This document shows positions 27,201-40,838 of a DNA stretch of 64,000 nucleotides, one piece after another. Numbering within the stretch: position 1 is the stretch's first letter; every line of letters starts with the position of its first letter. The translations under genes and the position numbers were made by a program. The stretch covers positions 29,078,001-29,142,000 of the forward strand of contig OZ024752.1 of NCBI GenBank assembly GCA_964016885.1, given 5' to 3'. The notes beneath the pieces were generated by a model that saw only the letters and a list, made by a program, of their open reading frames with translations, searched no databases and was not told where the DNA came from. Source of the DNA: Eledone cirrhosa. Taxonomy: Eukaryota.

Positions 27201-30200
27201 TTGTAGTAGATGGTTTCCAGTCCAGAACAGACTGCAACTACAAATAAAAAAATTGTTAGTTTGCTTTGTAACAATAGCATATTCAAGTTTTCGGATAAAT
27301 CAATTTACTTTAACTTTGACCTCATTTCAATGGGACCCTTGAGCTTCATGGAGTCTAGCTAACTCTTTGACGTCAGGCTGGATATTTGTAAGATGTAGCC
27401 AGAGATCCACATGTAATTACATTGTAGCAGTTGCGAGCCTTACTGTGAAGTCTGGAAACAGCACCAAACCTCCCCGCGACTAAGTATGAGCTTGGAAAAG
27501 GCAGAGCAAATCTCTTAGCCTCTGCATGTAGGAGTGGAAATCGACGCTGCATATCTTCTTGCATCCAAAAAAGGGGTTCACCTATTTTGGGAAATCTAAT
27601 TTTGATCATGTCATGTGCTTGAAGTTCAATGAATTCTTCCTGAAGGGATCTGCTATCCACATTTGGATGTCCATCAGCAAAAGGTCGACAAACCATTCTC
27701 TCATGTTGTCTTGTAGCGCACGGAGGTGAGCGGTATAAATTTGGAGTTGGCCATCGCTTGCAATGTTTTAAACATTGGCGACACTAGGAAAATTATAGAA
27801 TTCCCGTCAACAAAGATTACTTTCGATGACATTCAATTTGGCCAGGAATGTTTTCACAGCATTCCTTGCTTTAAGCAAGGTGGTCTTCTTCCCCTGCAAA
27901 GCCATAATAACGCTCAGCGAGGTAGGCGCAGTCTTGCCTCACATCGAGGGTTTTCTTATACAGTTCTGTGTTGCGCCCTCGAAGAAACTCAATGATAGAG
28001 TCAAACAGTTCAAAGAAGTCAGTAAGGCACTTGCCCTTTGAAAGCCACCTCACTTCAGTATGAAGGAGCAACTTGATGAATTCTTTGTCATTATCTTGGC
28101 ACAGTTGCCGGAAAATTCGTTCATTGGGGGAATGGAGTTTGATAAAATTGAAGACATCAATGGCCATCTGCAAGGACTTGCTCAGTGGCTCGCTGAATTT
28201 CTTTGCAGCCAAGTGTTGTTGATGAATGACACTATGAACAGCAAATGCAGTTAGATTTTCTCTCTTCAGAAAAATGACGAAACCCTTATGTTAGCCGACC
28301 ATTGCTCTTGCGCGTCTGTACCACATGATACAATGTGTGTTGTATGTGGTCCTAGATGTATGTATTACCTGCCTGTGTATTGTATGTGGTCCTAGATGTA
28401 TGTATTACCTGCCTGTGTGTTGTATGTAGTCCTAGATGTATGTATTACCTGCTTATGTATTGCATGTCGTCCCAGCTGTATTTATTATCTGCTTGTGTGT
28501 TGTATGTGGTCCTAGATGTATGTATTATCTGATTATGTGTTGTATGTGGTCCTAAATGTGTGTGCTACCTGATTATGTGTTGTATGTGGTCTTAGATGTG
28601 TGTATTACCTGCTTATGTGTTGTATGTAGTCCTAGATGTGTGTGCTGCCCGCTACTGTGTTTTTTTTTTGTTTTTTTTTTGTAATATTATTTATACAATA
28701 GGAAATAAAATAGATCTACATAGTGTTAACTCGTTACAGTTGAGTCAAAAATTTCAGACATGAAATACATTGTTATCGGTGAAGGAAAGACAAGATTCTA
28801 ACTGGCTGCGCTCAAAGTGCCCTTGACTCAGTTGACTGTGGGTGTTTTCCATTTTTAGGATCTCAGTTACCAGTTAATGTCTAGATACGCCTGCTCACAG
28901 CTGCAGTCAGACCATAGTTATGCTGTCTGCATGCTCATTCAAATGCATTCACACTGACCGTTTCAGCGACATATAAAACTTACCAAAGTAAAGAGCCTTC
29001 CAGCGCTCTTCAAAGCTCCAAACTCCCCCCTGGAGTTCCCCCCCCCCCCCCCCCCCCCGGAGGTGCATATGCCCGCCGTTGAGAACCTTTGCTTTAGACA
29101 ACAGAGGCTTTTGTTTTCTCTATTTGCTTTTCTGTAGTTTTTCATCAAACATAAATATGAAATTTTGCTGAGGACCATTCTAACATACTACACAGCCTGT
29201 ATCACAGTCTGTCATACTGCCTCAACTACACATCACCAAGTCCTCATAGCAGCCAAAATTGAATCTTTTTGGCATACGATCTCACATTCTTTCTCATATC
29301 ATCCATGCTCACTTTAATTACATATATCTGAAAACAAAATATATTTGTTGGAGATTCAGTTCTAATTTTTCACATTTTCCATTTCTATTCCAATAAACTT
29401 GGATTTTGAATCACTTTTTTAACGGCACCATATTTTTAATTGAGTATTGATAGCTGTCATAGCATTTATATTACTCTATATTTACTATTATATTCTCATG
29501 GTAAAGGCTTTATCTCACATAATTACCTCACATAATATTGAATCTATGAGATTTTGATTTTATTTATTTTGAGAACAATACCTTAACATCAGTATGAGCA
29601 GCCGGTTACAGCTGGTTTGAAAAGAAAGGGGCGAGAGAATTCTTGCCAGATATGGCCAGTTTAAATGCTAAAGGGTTACAGTATGGCATTACACATTTCA
29701 GTAGAATTTGTTGTTTTAATTATTATGTAGTTGCAAATCTATTTGTTCTACTGTTTTATACTGAAATACCTCATCAAATATTAGTTTTAATTATCCAACC
29801 TTTACATATTGTTGGTTTTTACTAGATTCCACTCATCACTTTTAGAGATAGTACAATGACCAAAAGCATTAAAACATTTTCTTACTTTTAATTTCACACA
29901 GGTCTCTTTCCTCCTTCAAGTGGAACTGCTATTGTGAATGGCTATGATATCCGTAATGACATGAAAAATGTCCGGTCAAGTTTGGGTATATGTCCACAAC
30001 ATGATGTCTTATTTGAGATGTTAACAGTAGAAGAGCATTTACAGTTCTTTGCAAGGGTAAAAATGTTATTAGTTTATTCTATACAAAAATGATAAAACTA
30101 TGTTTATTATAATATTATAGGGAGGTGGATTGGCAGTATCAGTAGAGGGTCAGACGCCATGTTTTGGAGCATAGAGTTACGTCCCTTTGCGGTCTGAGTT

Positions 30201-30995
30201 CAAATCCTGCCGAGGTTAACTTTGCCTTTCATCCTTATGGGGTCGATAAAATAAAGTACCAGTAATGCACTGGGATAATTGCTGGCCTTGTGCCAAAAAG
30301 TAGAAACAATTATAATATTATAGCAATTTTCTCTCTAATTTAAGTGACACTCAGTGAACATTACTCATAAAGAATTAGTTTCAGTTATGAGTCTAATACC
30401 TATGTACAATGATTATATATATATATATATTGGTAAACGGAATAGAAAATGCTGACAAATTGTTCACAGTTGAAAAATGGTTTAATTAGGAATAAAAGAG
30501 TATTAGTGATTGTATGGGTTAGTATTCAGTTGTGGTTTTAAGTTTTTAAGTTTTTACCGGTTGCGCATTTCTAAATGCTTTTCAAAAATAATTTTGAGAT
30601 TTTAACATAAAAACAGTCTTGGCGCAAAATCAACTTTTTACATTCACATGACCTCTACCGACCAATCAAAATTGTTTTGACCACAAGAATTTTTGCAACA
30701 CAAAAATAACGCTGGAGCCACTTTTTTAACATAAAAACAGGTAGAATTCCCAAAACTAATCAGATCAGAGCAAACAGCACGGACACTCTATCTCAAAATT
30801 ATTTTTGAAAAGCATTTAGAAATGCGCAACCGGTAAAAACTTAAAAACTTAAAACCACAACTGAATACTAACCCATACAATCACTAATACTCTTTTATTC
30901 CTAATTAAACCATTTTTCAACTGTGAACAATTTGTCAGCATTTTCTATTCCGTTTACCAATATATAATAACTTGTGTGTTACACCTCTATTCTTT

Positions 30996-31046
<51 letters not shown>

Positions 31047-34000
31047 AAAATAAAGGCAGAGCTTGGACGAGTTGAGTGAGAAGCTAGGTTTAAGAGGAAT
31101 TTGAGGTGGTATGCAGTAGAGAAGACTGTGTTAGTATGGACATGTGTTGCACATGGACAATGATCACTGGGTGTGGGGAAGAAGTACCAGGAAATACCAG
31201 TGGAAGGAATCCATAGTAGAAGTAGACCAAGAAAAACCTGAGCAGAGGTTGTGAGAGCTGACCTCAAATCACTGAGACTCACAGAGGAGATGATGAAGGA
31301 ACACGGCGAGTGAAGAGATAATGTACTGAAAAGGACCCATTCAACCCATGCAAGCATAGAAAAACGGATGTAAAAATGGTGATGATGATGATGATATGTG
31401 TGTGTATAAGTAGAGAGGAGCTTTTCTTTCAAACATATTATATTGAAAATATAACATATATTCAGACCTGGAGAAGGATGGGCTTCACCATGCTTAATGC
31501 CCTAGAAACACTATGTCAAGATGGCGCCCCTATGACTCCATCTGGAGTTACGGGACCATGCATGCATGTATCAGTAGTATATGTTGTGTTTAGGATCTGT
31601 AGTTGGTGTGTAGATTGTTGTTTAGTTCCAAGTCAGTTCTAATTATGCATACATATGATCAAAGTCAACCCAGCTGTGATCAGCCTGCCTTTTTTTTCAG
31701 ATGTAGTATGTCTAGGACTACATTATCTAATGTGTTCTTCCTTTTTAAGATGGTAAAGTGTAATTAAAGAGAAATTTAGTTAAACAACCACAGACTTTTT
31801 TGTTAGTTTGTGGTGTGTATTTTGTATTGTGTTTCTTTTTCAGGTATGTATGTACATGTGTGAAGGTGCTTGGCTTAGTGTTTAGAGCAATGGGCATGCA
31901 ATTGGGAGGTTGTGAGTTCGATTCTTGGACCAGGTGATGTGTTGTGTTCTTGAGCAAGACACTTTATTTCACGTTGCTCCAGTTCACTCAGCTGTAGAAA
32001 TAAGTTGCTACATCACTGGTATCAAGTTGTATTAGCCATTGCCTTTCTCTTGGACAACATCGGCAGCTTGGAGAGGGGAGACTGGTATGCATGGGCGACT
32101 GTTGGTCTTCCACAAACAACCTTGTCTGTACTTTTGCCTTGGAGGGGAACTTTCTAGATACAAATCCCATAGTCATTTGTGACCAAAGATGGTGCAGGTC
32201 TTTATATGTATGTAATAAATAGTTAAATAGAGCCTCGGCACTTCATTGTTGAATTGCAGTAAATGCAGTAAAGTCAGAGAGAAAAAATACAAAGCAAATA
32301 CATATACTTTTGTACTAAGTCCTATACTTGTAGCATATGATTAGTCAAATTCTTTCAATTATTTTGACAACCTCTATTTCTCTGCTAATACTATCCCTAC
32401 TGCACCAACTCCAACATTCTTACACGACTGGAAGGATTTGCATCAATGCTCCTTCGCTCCAAAGAAGATCATACTGTTCTTTTTTTTTTGTTTTGTTTTT
32501 TAAAGCCTGGTGTTTATAAGATTGTGTGTATATGTGTGTATCTGTGTATGTGTATATATATATATGTGTGTATCTATTATCAAATTTATATTATTTCAAA
32601 ACAAACCAACCTATATAGCTACACCATCTATGTTTATTATTTTTCTGCTTCTTCTTTAACTCTCACATTCTTGAGAGGGTCATGGGGGTAGAGTCTTCAG
32701 ATATGCCTCCAAGAGGGTCCTATCGGAAGCAACCGTCTCTAAATGATCCAGCTGGGTCTCCAAGAAGTCCAACTGAGGTTGCTCAGTCATCTTGCTTGTG
32801 GTTTACCTATGGGTCTCCTGCCAGTTTGTTTTGCCTGTAAAATATGTCCTGTGACTCTTTCATTAGATATTCTAACTACACATCTGTATTTTGTTTTACA
32901 GTTGAAAGGTTATCCTAAAATGTTGCTGAATTCTGAAGTGAATACGATGCTCAAGTCGATTACATTGGAAGATAAAAGAAAGGTTTTGTCCAAAAACCTT
33001 TCTGGAGGAATGAAACGAAGATTATCTTTAGGGATTGCTCTCATTGGAGATTCAAAGGTGATTTTTTAATATTTTCTACATTAGAAATAGGTGTTACAGA
33101 TGCTACTCTAATCAGGTTATTCCAGTCACACTGATGTCATAATATCATCAGTCATTCTGTTATGTAATCCATTATATGTAATTATATTGCAATAGTTGTT
33201 CCATTGAGGATGGTGGATTGGCAGAATTGGTAAAGCATCACTTAAAATGCCATTGTGGTATTTGTTCTGGCTCTTTACATTCTGAGTTTCAATCCCACCA
33301 AGGTCAACTTTGCCTTTCAGCCTTCTGGGGCTGATAAAATAAAGTACAAATCAATTACTGGGGTTGATTTTATCAACTTTGCCCTTCCCCAAATATTTGC
33401 TGGCCTTGTGCCTAAATTAAAACTCAATAAATAGTAGGTCAATTATCATAAAAACTCTGGCAATGTTTGTAACTCCACAGGGTGCCAGAGAAAGAACTCA
33501 ATATAAAAAAGAATATAAGAGGTTGTGTCCTGGGAAAAGAAATTAACATTTGTTTGCAGTACTCTTGGGTCTCGAATAATTGTCCCCACCTTCCACGCTT
33601 ATTAATTTTTCTGATTTTTTCCAAACCCCCAGCTTATTAAATTTTGCTAAGCTATCTCTGACAGAATGGTAACATTCCCACAACAATTGATTTTATTTAG
33701 ACATTAAAAAACATTATACATGACAAAAAGAGAACATTACAAGAAATCCCATACATTATTAGATAAATAGGATGGGTTGGGGGGGGGGTCTCAATATGTA
33801 AACTAAACAACTAATTCTGGTTTTAAAAAAAAATCAAGGGAGACAACCTAGAAAAATTATACCCCCCCCCATATATATATATATATTGAGTCTCTATTTG
33901 GTATAAATATTTCTATTCTACTATTCTACACACGTTATCTTTATTTTTGTGTAAATATTTTGTCAACCTCCTGTCTTCTTTTTACACAATTATTTTTAAA

Positions 34001-37000
34001 AACGTTTTGTTTAACAGTTCTTAACTTCTACTGTTTTAACGGTTTGCTCCATCATTTGTCTGTGTGTGAGTAGTAGTGCTGGGAAGAGTATGCAACCATA
34101 TTCCATATAAATATTAAATACTAATGTTTGAGCTGTACATTGTCATTACTGAAAGTAAATGAATTTCTCCATAGATTGTTATCCTTGATGAGCCATCCTC
34201 AGGATTGGACCCTAATGCACGGCGACAAGTTTGGTCTGTTCTTGAAAAACACCGAATGGGTCGGACAATGCTTCTTACAACTCACTTCATGGATGAAGCA
34301 GACTACCTGGGTGATAGGATTGCTATTATTTCTGATGGTGTTCTCAAGTGCTCTGGTAGTTCTTTGTTTTTAAAATCGAAATATGGTAAGTTATTATTTG
34401 TTCTCTCCTCTCCACCTCATTCCTCCATCCATCTGAATTTAATACATGCACTCACATATATGCATTCACATATATGCATCTAAATATATGCACACATATA
34501 TACATATCTAAATATATGCACTCACATATATGCATTCACATATATGCATCTAAATATATGCACACATATATACATATCTAAATATATGCACTCACATATA
34601 TGCATTCACATATATGCATCTAAATATATGCACACATATATACATATCTAAATATATGCACTCACATATATGCATTCACATATATGCATCTAAATATATG
34701 CACACATATATACATATCTAAATATATGCACTCACATATATGCATTCACATATATGCATCTAAATATATGCACACATATATACATATCTAAATATATGCA
34801 CTCACATATATGCATTCACATATATGCATCTAAATATATGCACAAATATATACATATCTAAATATATGCACTCACATATATGCATCTAAATACAGGAATT
34901 CACATATATGCATCTAAATATATGCATTCACATATAAATATAATAGTATATATAGAGTAATGTAAATGCTAAAGGGTTAAATGTCTGCCTTCAAATTATC
35001 AAATTTCAGAACCATTTAACCAATGCTAATAAGTGAAGGCATGTGGCTTAGTGGTTAGAGCGTTGGGCTTGCAATCGGTAGGTTGCGAGTTTGATCTCGG
35101 ACCAGGTGATGCATTGTGTCCTTGAGCAAGACACTTTGTTTCACATTTCTCCAGTTTACTCAGCTGTAGGAATGACTTGTGATGTCACTGGTGCCAAGCT
35201 GTATTGGCCATTGCCTTTCTCTTAGACAACATAAGTGGTGTGAATGTTTATGCAGGTGTGGCTAGCCACATATAGTCTAGCCATTAGGAAAAGCAAAATG
35301 AATGCTTCACCTTCGAAAGAGGGATGACTGAAGGAGAATAAGAAATAAAAACTAATGTAAAATGATCTGTAAACTAATGTCAAATTCTGTTTCTAGGTGC
35401 TGGCTATCATTTGGTGATAGTGAAAACTCAAGACTGTAATGTGGTCAGTGTGTCAAAGTTTCTTAAGTCTTTCATCCCAGAAGCAACAATGGAAAGCAAT
35501 GTTGGGTCTGAACTGTCTTACCTTTTACCTCATGAAAGCAGCTGTCATTTTGAAAATCTTTTCAATCAAATAGAGAGGGAACACACTGCTTTAGGAATAT
35601 CAAATTATGGTGTTTCTGTGACAACAATGGAAGAAGTATTTCTGAAGTTAGTTTATTTTAAATGATTATATTTTTGCTATATATACTTTAAGGCGGTGAA
35701 CTGGCAGAGTCATTAGATAATCAGATAGAATGCTTTGCAGTAGTCATTCCGGCTCTCAGCTCTCTCAGTTCAAATCCTGCCGAGATCAACTTTGCTTTTC
35801 ATCCATTCAAGGTCGATAAAAAAAAAAGTACCAGTCTAGTACTGGGGTTGATTCTTCCTCTATAAATCTTTCTCACTTTCTATCCTTCTCTGGAAGAAAT
35901 CTGCTGTATTCAGACCTGGAGAAAAGATGGGCTCTGCCAGGTTTTAAAAATGCCCTAGAAATGCTGTATGTCAATACAGTGCTCCATATGACTCCATCAT
36001 GAATTATGTTTGTGCCTATTTGCATTTTGTATTGAATGCTTGAGAAATTCTTTTAAAAGAAACCACTACGAAATTATGAAATTGAATGCTTGAGAAATTC
36101 TTTTAAAAGAAACCACTACGAAATTATGAAATTAAAATGGTTTTGTCTGCATCCACCTATAATCCACAATCAATGTTCTCAGAACTTTTCTGGATTTTTA
36201 AGTGACATTAATGGAATCCTGCTACACATAAACATTTAAAACCACATATAAAAAACAAAAAAAGCTATCTGTATTGACATTCTCCAGCTTTTGGCCTACA
36301 AACCTACTGTCTCGTCTCTCTTTCTCTACCTTTTCTATCTTACTACAGTGGTTTCTGCTCTTTGGGGCTGGCTAGTTTCATGCCACCAACATTCAGCCAC
36401 TCCCGATTCTCTTGTTTCTCCTATCAATTTCAATGAATGAGTTATCAGTTTCATGATATAAGAAAATTGCACTAGATTACATTTTTTATTTAGATTTTTT
36501 TTCTGTATTTTCCTCAATGAAATTTATTTATTTTATATTCATATTCTATACATTTTATAACTTTTTCATATTCCAACTCTAAACTAACTTGATCAGAGTG
36601 AGTGAAAACAAAAGCAACAAAGCAAATAATGACTCCGACACTTACACAAATTTTGATGAAGACCCTTTCTCTGCCTCAGTTCCTGTCAGTAGCCCATACG
36701 AAACATCTTTTGAACCCTCGGGTAAGTGTGCTTTATATCAATCTATGTAGCAAAATAGTGGAAAGGAGTTATAGTTTGCTTTCTTATTAATTATTTTGTA
36801 TTTGGTTTGATATAAGTATAGTAATTCTGCCTGCAATGTAGCTAGTTTCAGGTATTAATAAAGATGTTTGCTTATTGGAGACATGATTGTAAAAATGTGT
36901 TGGTGTATTGACAAAAAGTGCCCAGTTTAAACTGTAAGGTGGTTGTGCTGGTGTCACGACAGAAAGTGCCCAGTCTACACTGTTAAGTGGTCATGCAGGT

Positions 37001-40000
37001 GTCAACAAAAAAGCACCCATTTCACACTGTCAGGTGGTCTTGCTGGTATCATGACAAAAAGCACCCAGATCACACTGTAAGTGTGGTTGGCATTAGAAAG
37101 CACATACAGCTGAAGAAACCATGCCAGAAACAGACCTGTATGAGCAAGACATGGTCATCTGATCTGGCTTGCCTCACAAATGGACAACTCATCTAACATG
37201 TACTAGCACGGAAAAATAGACCTTAAACGGTGATGATGATGAATCATAACATTATCTGCTTCTACTGACAGTATCTGTTCCTGTATATATTGTTTTAAAA
37301 ATTATAATGTCTTGTTTTAAAATCATTTACCTCTTTATTGATATTGATACCATGTTTTTCTTTTCTTTGCAGGAAATAAGAAAAGTGGTTTACATTTAAG
37401 TCTCCAACAATTCTCTGCTATGTTTGTGAAGAAAGTGCTTTACTCCTGGAGAAATAAATTTTTGTGTGTTAGCCAGATTCTTGTGCCTTTGGTTTTCACC
37501 ATTATTGCATTGATTGTTGTGAAAACTTTTCCAGCTCAGAATGAATTTCCATCACTTTTGCTGAGTCCTGAAAAGTATGGACAGAATACTATAGCATACA
37601 GTAGTTCTTTAAATCCCACTCCAGTGCAAACAAAAATTACCAAAACCTACCAAGACAAATCATTGAAGGATGTTACATTCAAATATATTAATGAAATTGG
37701 AAAGTTCAAGAACTCACCAAATATTACCCAATATTTAGGAGATACTAGCATTAAGAATAGACAAAGCTATAACAATCGTTATATGATTGCAGCTGATTTA
37801 GGTGAAACACAACCAAATCAATACATAGCATATTTTAATGGTCAGTCATTCCACAGTAGTGCTATATCTCTAGCTGTGTTAACCTCAGCTTTTTTAAGAT
37901 ATTTCCATGAGCCCACTTCAAAAATTTCTTATGTCAACCATCCACTTCCAACGATAAAATCTGATAAATCTTCAGAAGGTTTCAGTGCAACTGCGTTTAC
38001 AATATCAGTTATGATCTTATTTGGTATGAGTTTCTTGATTGCAACATTTAGTATTTTCCTGATAAAAGAACGACAAACAAAATCAAAACACCTCCAATAT
38101 ATTAGCGGTGTATATCCATTCAATTTCTGGGCATCAGCATATATCTGGGACTTGATTTCTTTCCTCTTAACTGCTGTATGTATCATAATTGCCCTTGTTT
38201 GCTTTGACATTAAAGCATACTATGAAGATGGGCGCTTTGCAGATATTTTGCTTTTGCTTTTCCTATATAGTACAGCTGTTCTACCTTTAACATATGTGCT
38301 GTCCTTCCTTTTCACAACACCAACATCAGGTTTTGTTTGGTTGTCACTCATCAACCTCATCACAGGTAAATTACTAAACATTTCTACCAATATATTTATC
38401 ATTATCAACATATAAATATAGTTTTTAATTCTTAATACAGTTGAACCTTGGTTCACAAACTTAATTTGTTCCTGAAGGCCATTTGTCACCTGAAACGTTC
38501 ATAAACTTAAACTATTTTCCCCATATGAAATATTGTGAAACATTGAGAGAGAAATACAGTGAGAGAGAGAGAGACTGTGTGTGAAAGACAGATAGATATC
38601 ACCATAGTAACTACACAGCAAATGACAGTTTTCTGCCTGCATGTTAATTACTTGAGACACCGTTTGTGAACCAAGATGTTTTATGTTTCGGAAAAATTGT
38701 TTGTGATGCAAGGCATTCATGAACCGAGGTTCCACTGTATTTGTCGCTATCAATATATAATTATAGTTTTTAATTCTTAATATTTCTATTTCCGGAAGAA
38801 TCCAAAATAACTTTCATAATTTTTTTTCTTCAATTTTAGGACTTGTAACTGTAATATCTGTCAACATTCTCAGTATACCTCAACTGGATCTTCTTGATGT
38901 AGCAAAAATCTTGAACTGGATCTTTCTTGTTATTTCACCTCAGTTTTGTCTCGGTCAAAGTCTCATTGATTTTTACTCCAACAATGAGGGGGTGGAATTT
39001 TGTGAAAAATATCCTAGAAGCCAGAGCTGTTTTAGTAAGTTATCATTTTACTTGAGTCTCTTCTTCTCTTCTTTTGCCGCTTCCTCCTCCTCCATTTTCT
39101 TTTTTTTCTTCTTCTTCGCCCACTTATTCCTGAGAGGGTAGTGGGGGCAGGGCCTCAAATACTCCTTCCAGCGGGTCCTGTCAAAAGCAACTGTCTCCAA
39201 CTGATCCAGCTGGATCCCTAAGCAAGACCAGCCAAGCTCATGGATGTTATCCAACCATCTTACTCAGGGTCTACCCCTGGGTCTCTTGCCAGTTAGTTTT
39301 GCTCATAAAATCTGTCCAGCGATTCTTTCCTGAGACATTCTAACCATATGCCCGTAGTATCGGAACTGAGATCTCTTAATTCAGAGAGATTTCTCTCATT
39401 ATTTTAAATATAATATGATAAACCATGTCATGAAGTATAACTTAATTATTATAATTATTTCTTTCAGGCAATTGCACAATAAACTGTATATCACACAATA
39501 AAAATTACATTGGCTGGAAAGAAAACGGCATTGGAAGACTGTTGGTTTTCTTATTTATTCAAAATGTTATTTTTTTAAGCCTGCTTGTTCTGATTGAATC
39601 ATCAATTTTTCAAACAATTTCCTATTCATTAAAAATGTTGTGCAAAAAGAACAAAATTCAGGGCGTGAAGAACAACTCTGTTTCTGAAAATGCTGCAAGT
39701 ATTGACAGTGATGTGTTTGAAGAACAAGAGCGAATAGATAAATTTTATCAACTTCATAATGATGTGATTGTGATTAAAAGTGTGACAAAAATGTACGGCT
39801 CTCTTATGGCTGTAGACCACCTTAGTGTTGGAATCTCTGCTGGAGAATGTTTTGGCTTACTTGGCATCAATGGTGCTGGTAAAACATCCACTTTTAAAAT
39901 GCTGACCGGTGATGAACGAATTACCAGTGGAATGATTTATATCAATAAACTTAGTCTGAAGTCTAATATACGAGAGGTAAATATATATTTATTTTCAGTT

Positions 40001-40709
40001 TTCTGTAGCCAGTGGCTTTTATTGATTATAAATAGAATTTTGGCTGCATGGAAATGCAAGTGGAAGGAAGTCGCAGTAGAGGTAGACCAAGTAAGACCTA
40101 GGCAGAGTTGGTGAAAGCTGACTTCAAATCACTGAGACTCTTAGAAGAGATGAAGGAATGCAATGAGTGAAGATATGCTGTGCTGAGAAGGATCCGTCCA
40201 ACCCATGCAAGTGTGGGAAAAAACTGACGTTAAAGCGATGATGATGATGATTATGTCTTGAACATTTTATAATAATTTGAATAGTAAATAGAAAATCTCA
40301 TCATCATTTAATGCCTGTTTTTTCCTGCTAGAAAGGGTTGGATGGGTCTTCACAGACTGAGTCAATACTCAAGTGGGGCTACTCACAAATGGGCTGGGGG
40401 TTTACATCTCATTTACATGATTCTTCACTCTACTGCACTAGGGAGGTTGTCATGTCTTTGATACAATTCAAGGGTCCTCCCAACCCTTTGTTTGGCAAGT
40501 TTTCTACCACCTTACAGCATGTACTGGGTGCATTTAGCATGTAGATCACCAATACTTTGACTTTGACTCAACTAAAGGGTTCTCCCGACCCTTTCTTTGG
40601 CAAGCTCTCTGTGTTATTGTAATTCGTCAGTTATTTCAAATCCTTATCTGCTTTTATTGCTGCTGAGATTTTAGTAAAACATGTAGTCACAGTATAATTA
40701 ATGTATGTG

Positions 40710-40742
<33 letters not shown>

Positions 40743-40771
40743 ATGTATATATATGTGTGCGTGTATGTATG

Positions 40772-40838
<67 letters not shown>

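Noticed and set aside
35035-35105. tRNA gene
   Set aside because: A/B boxes are present but there is no complete cloverleaf; it is a SINE head.
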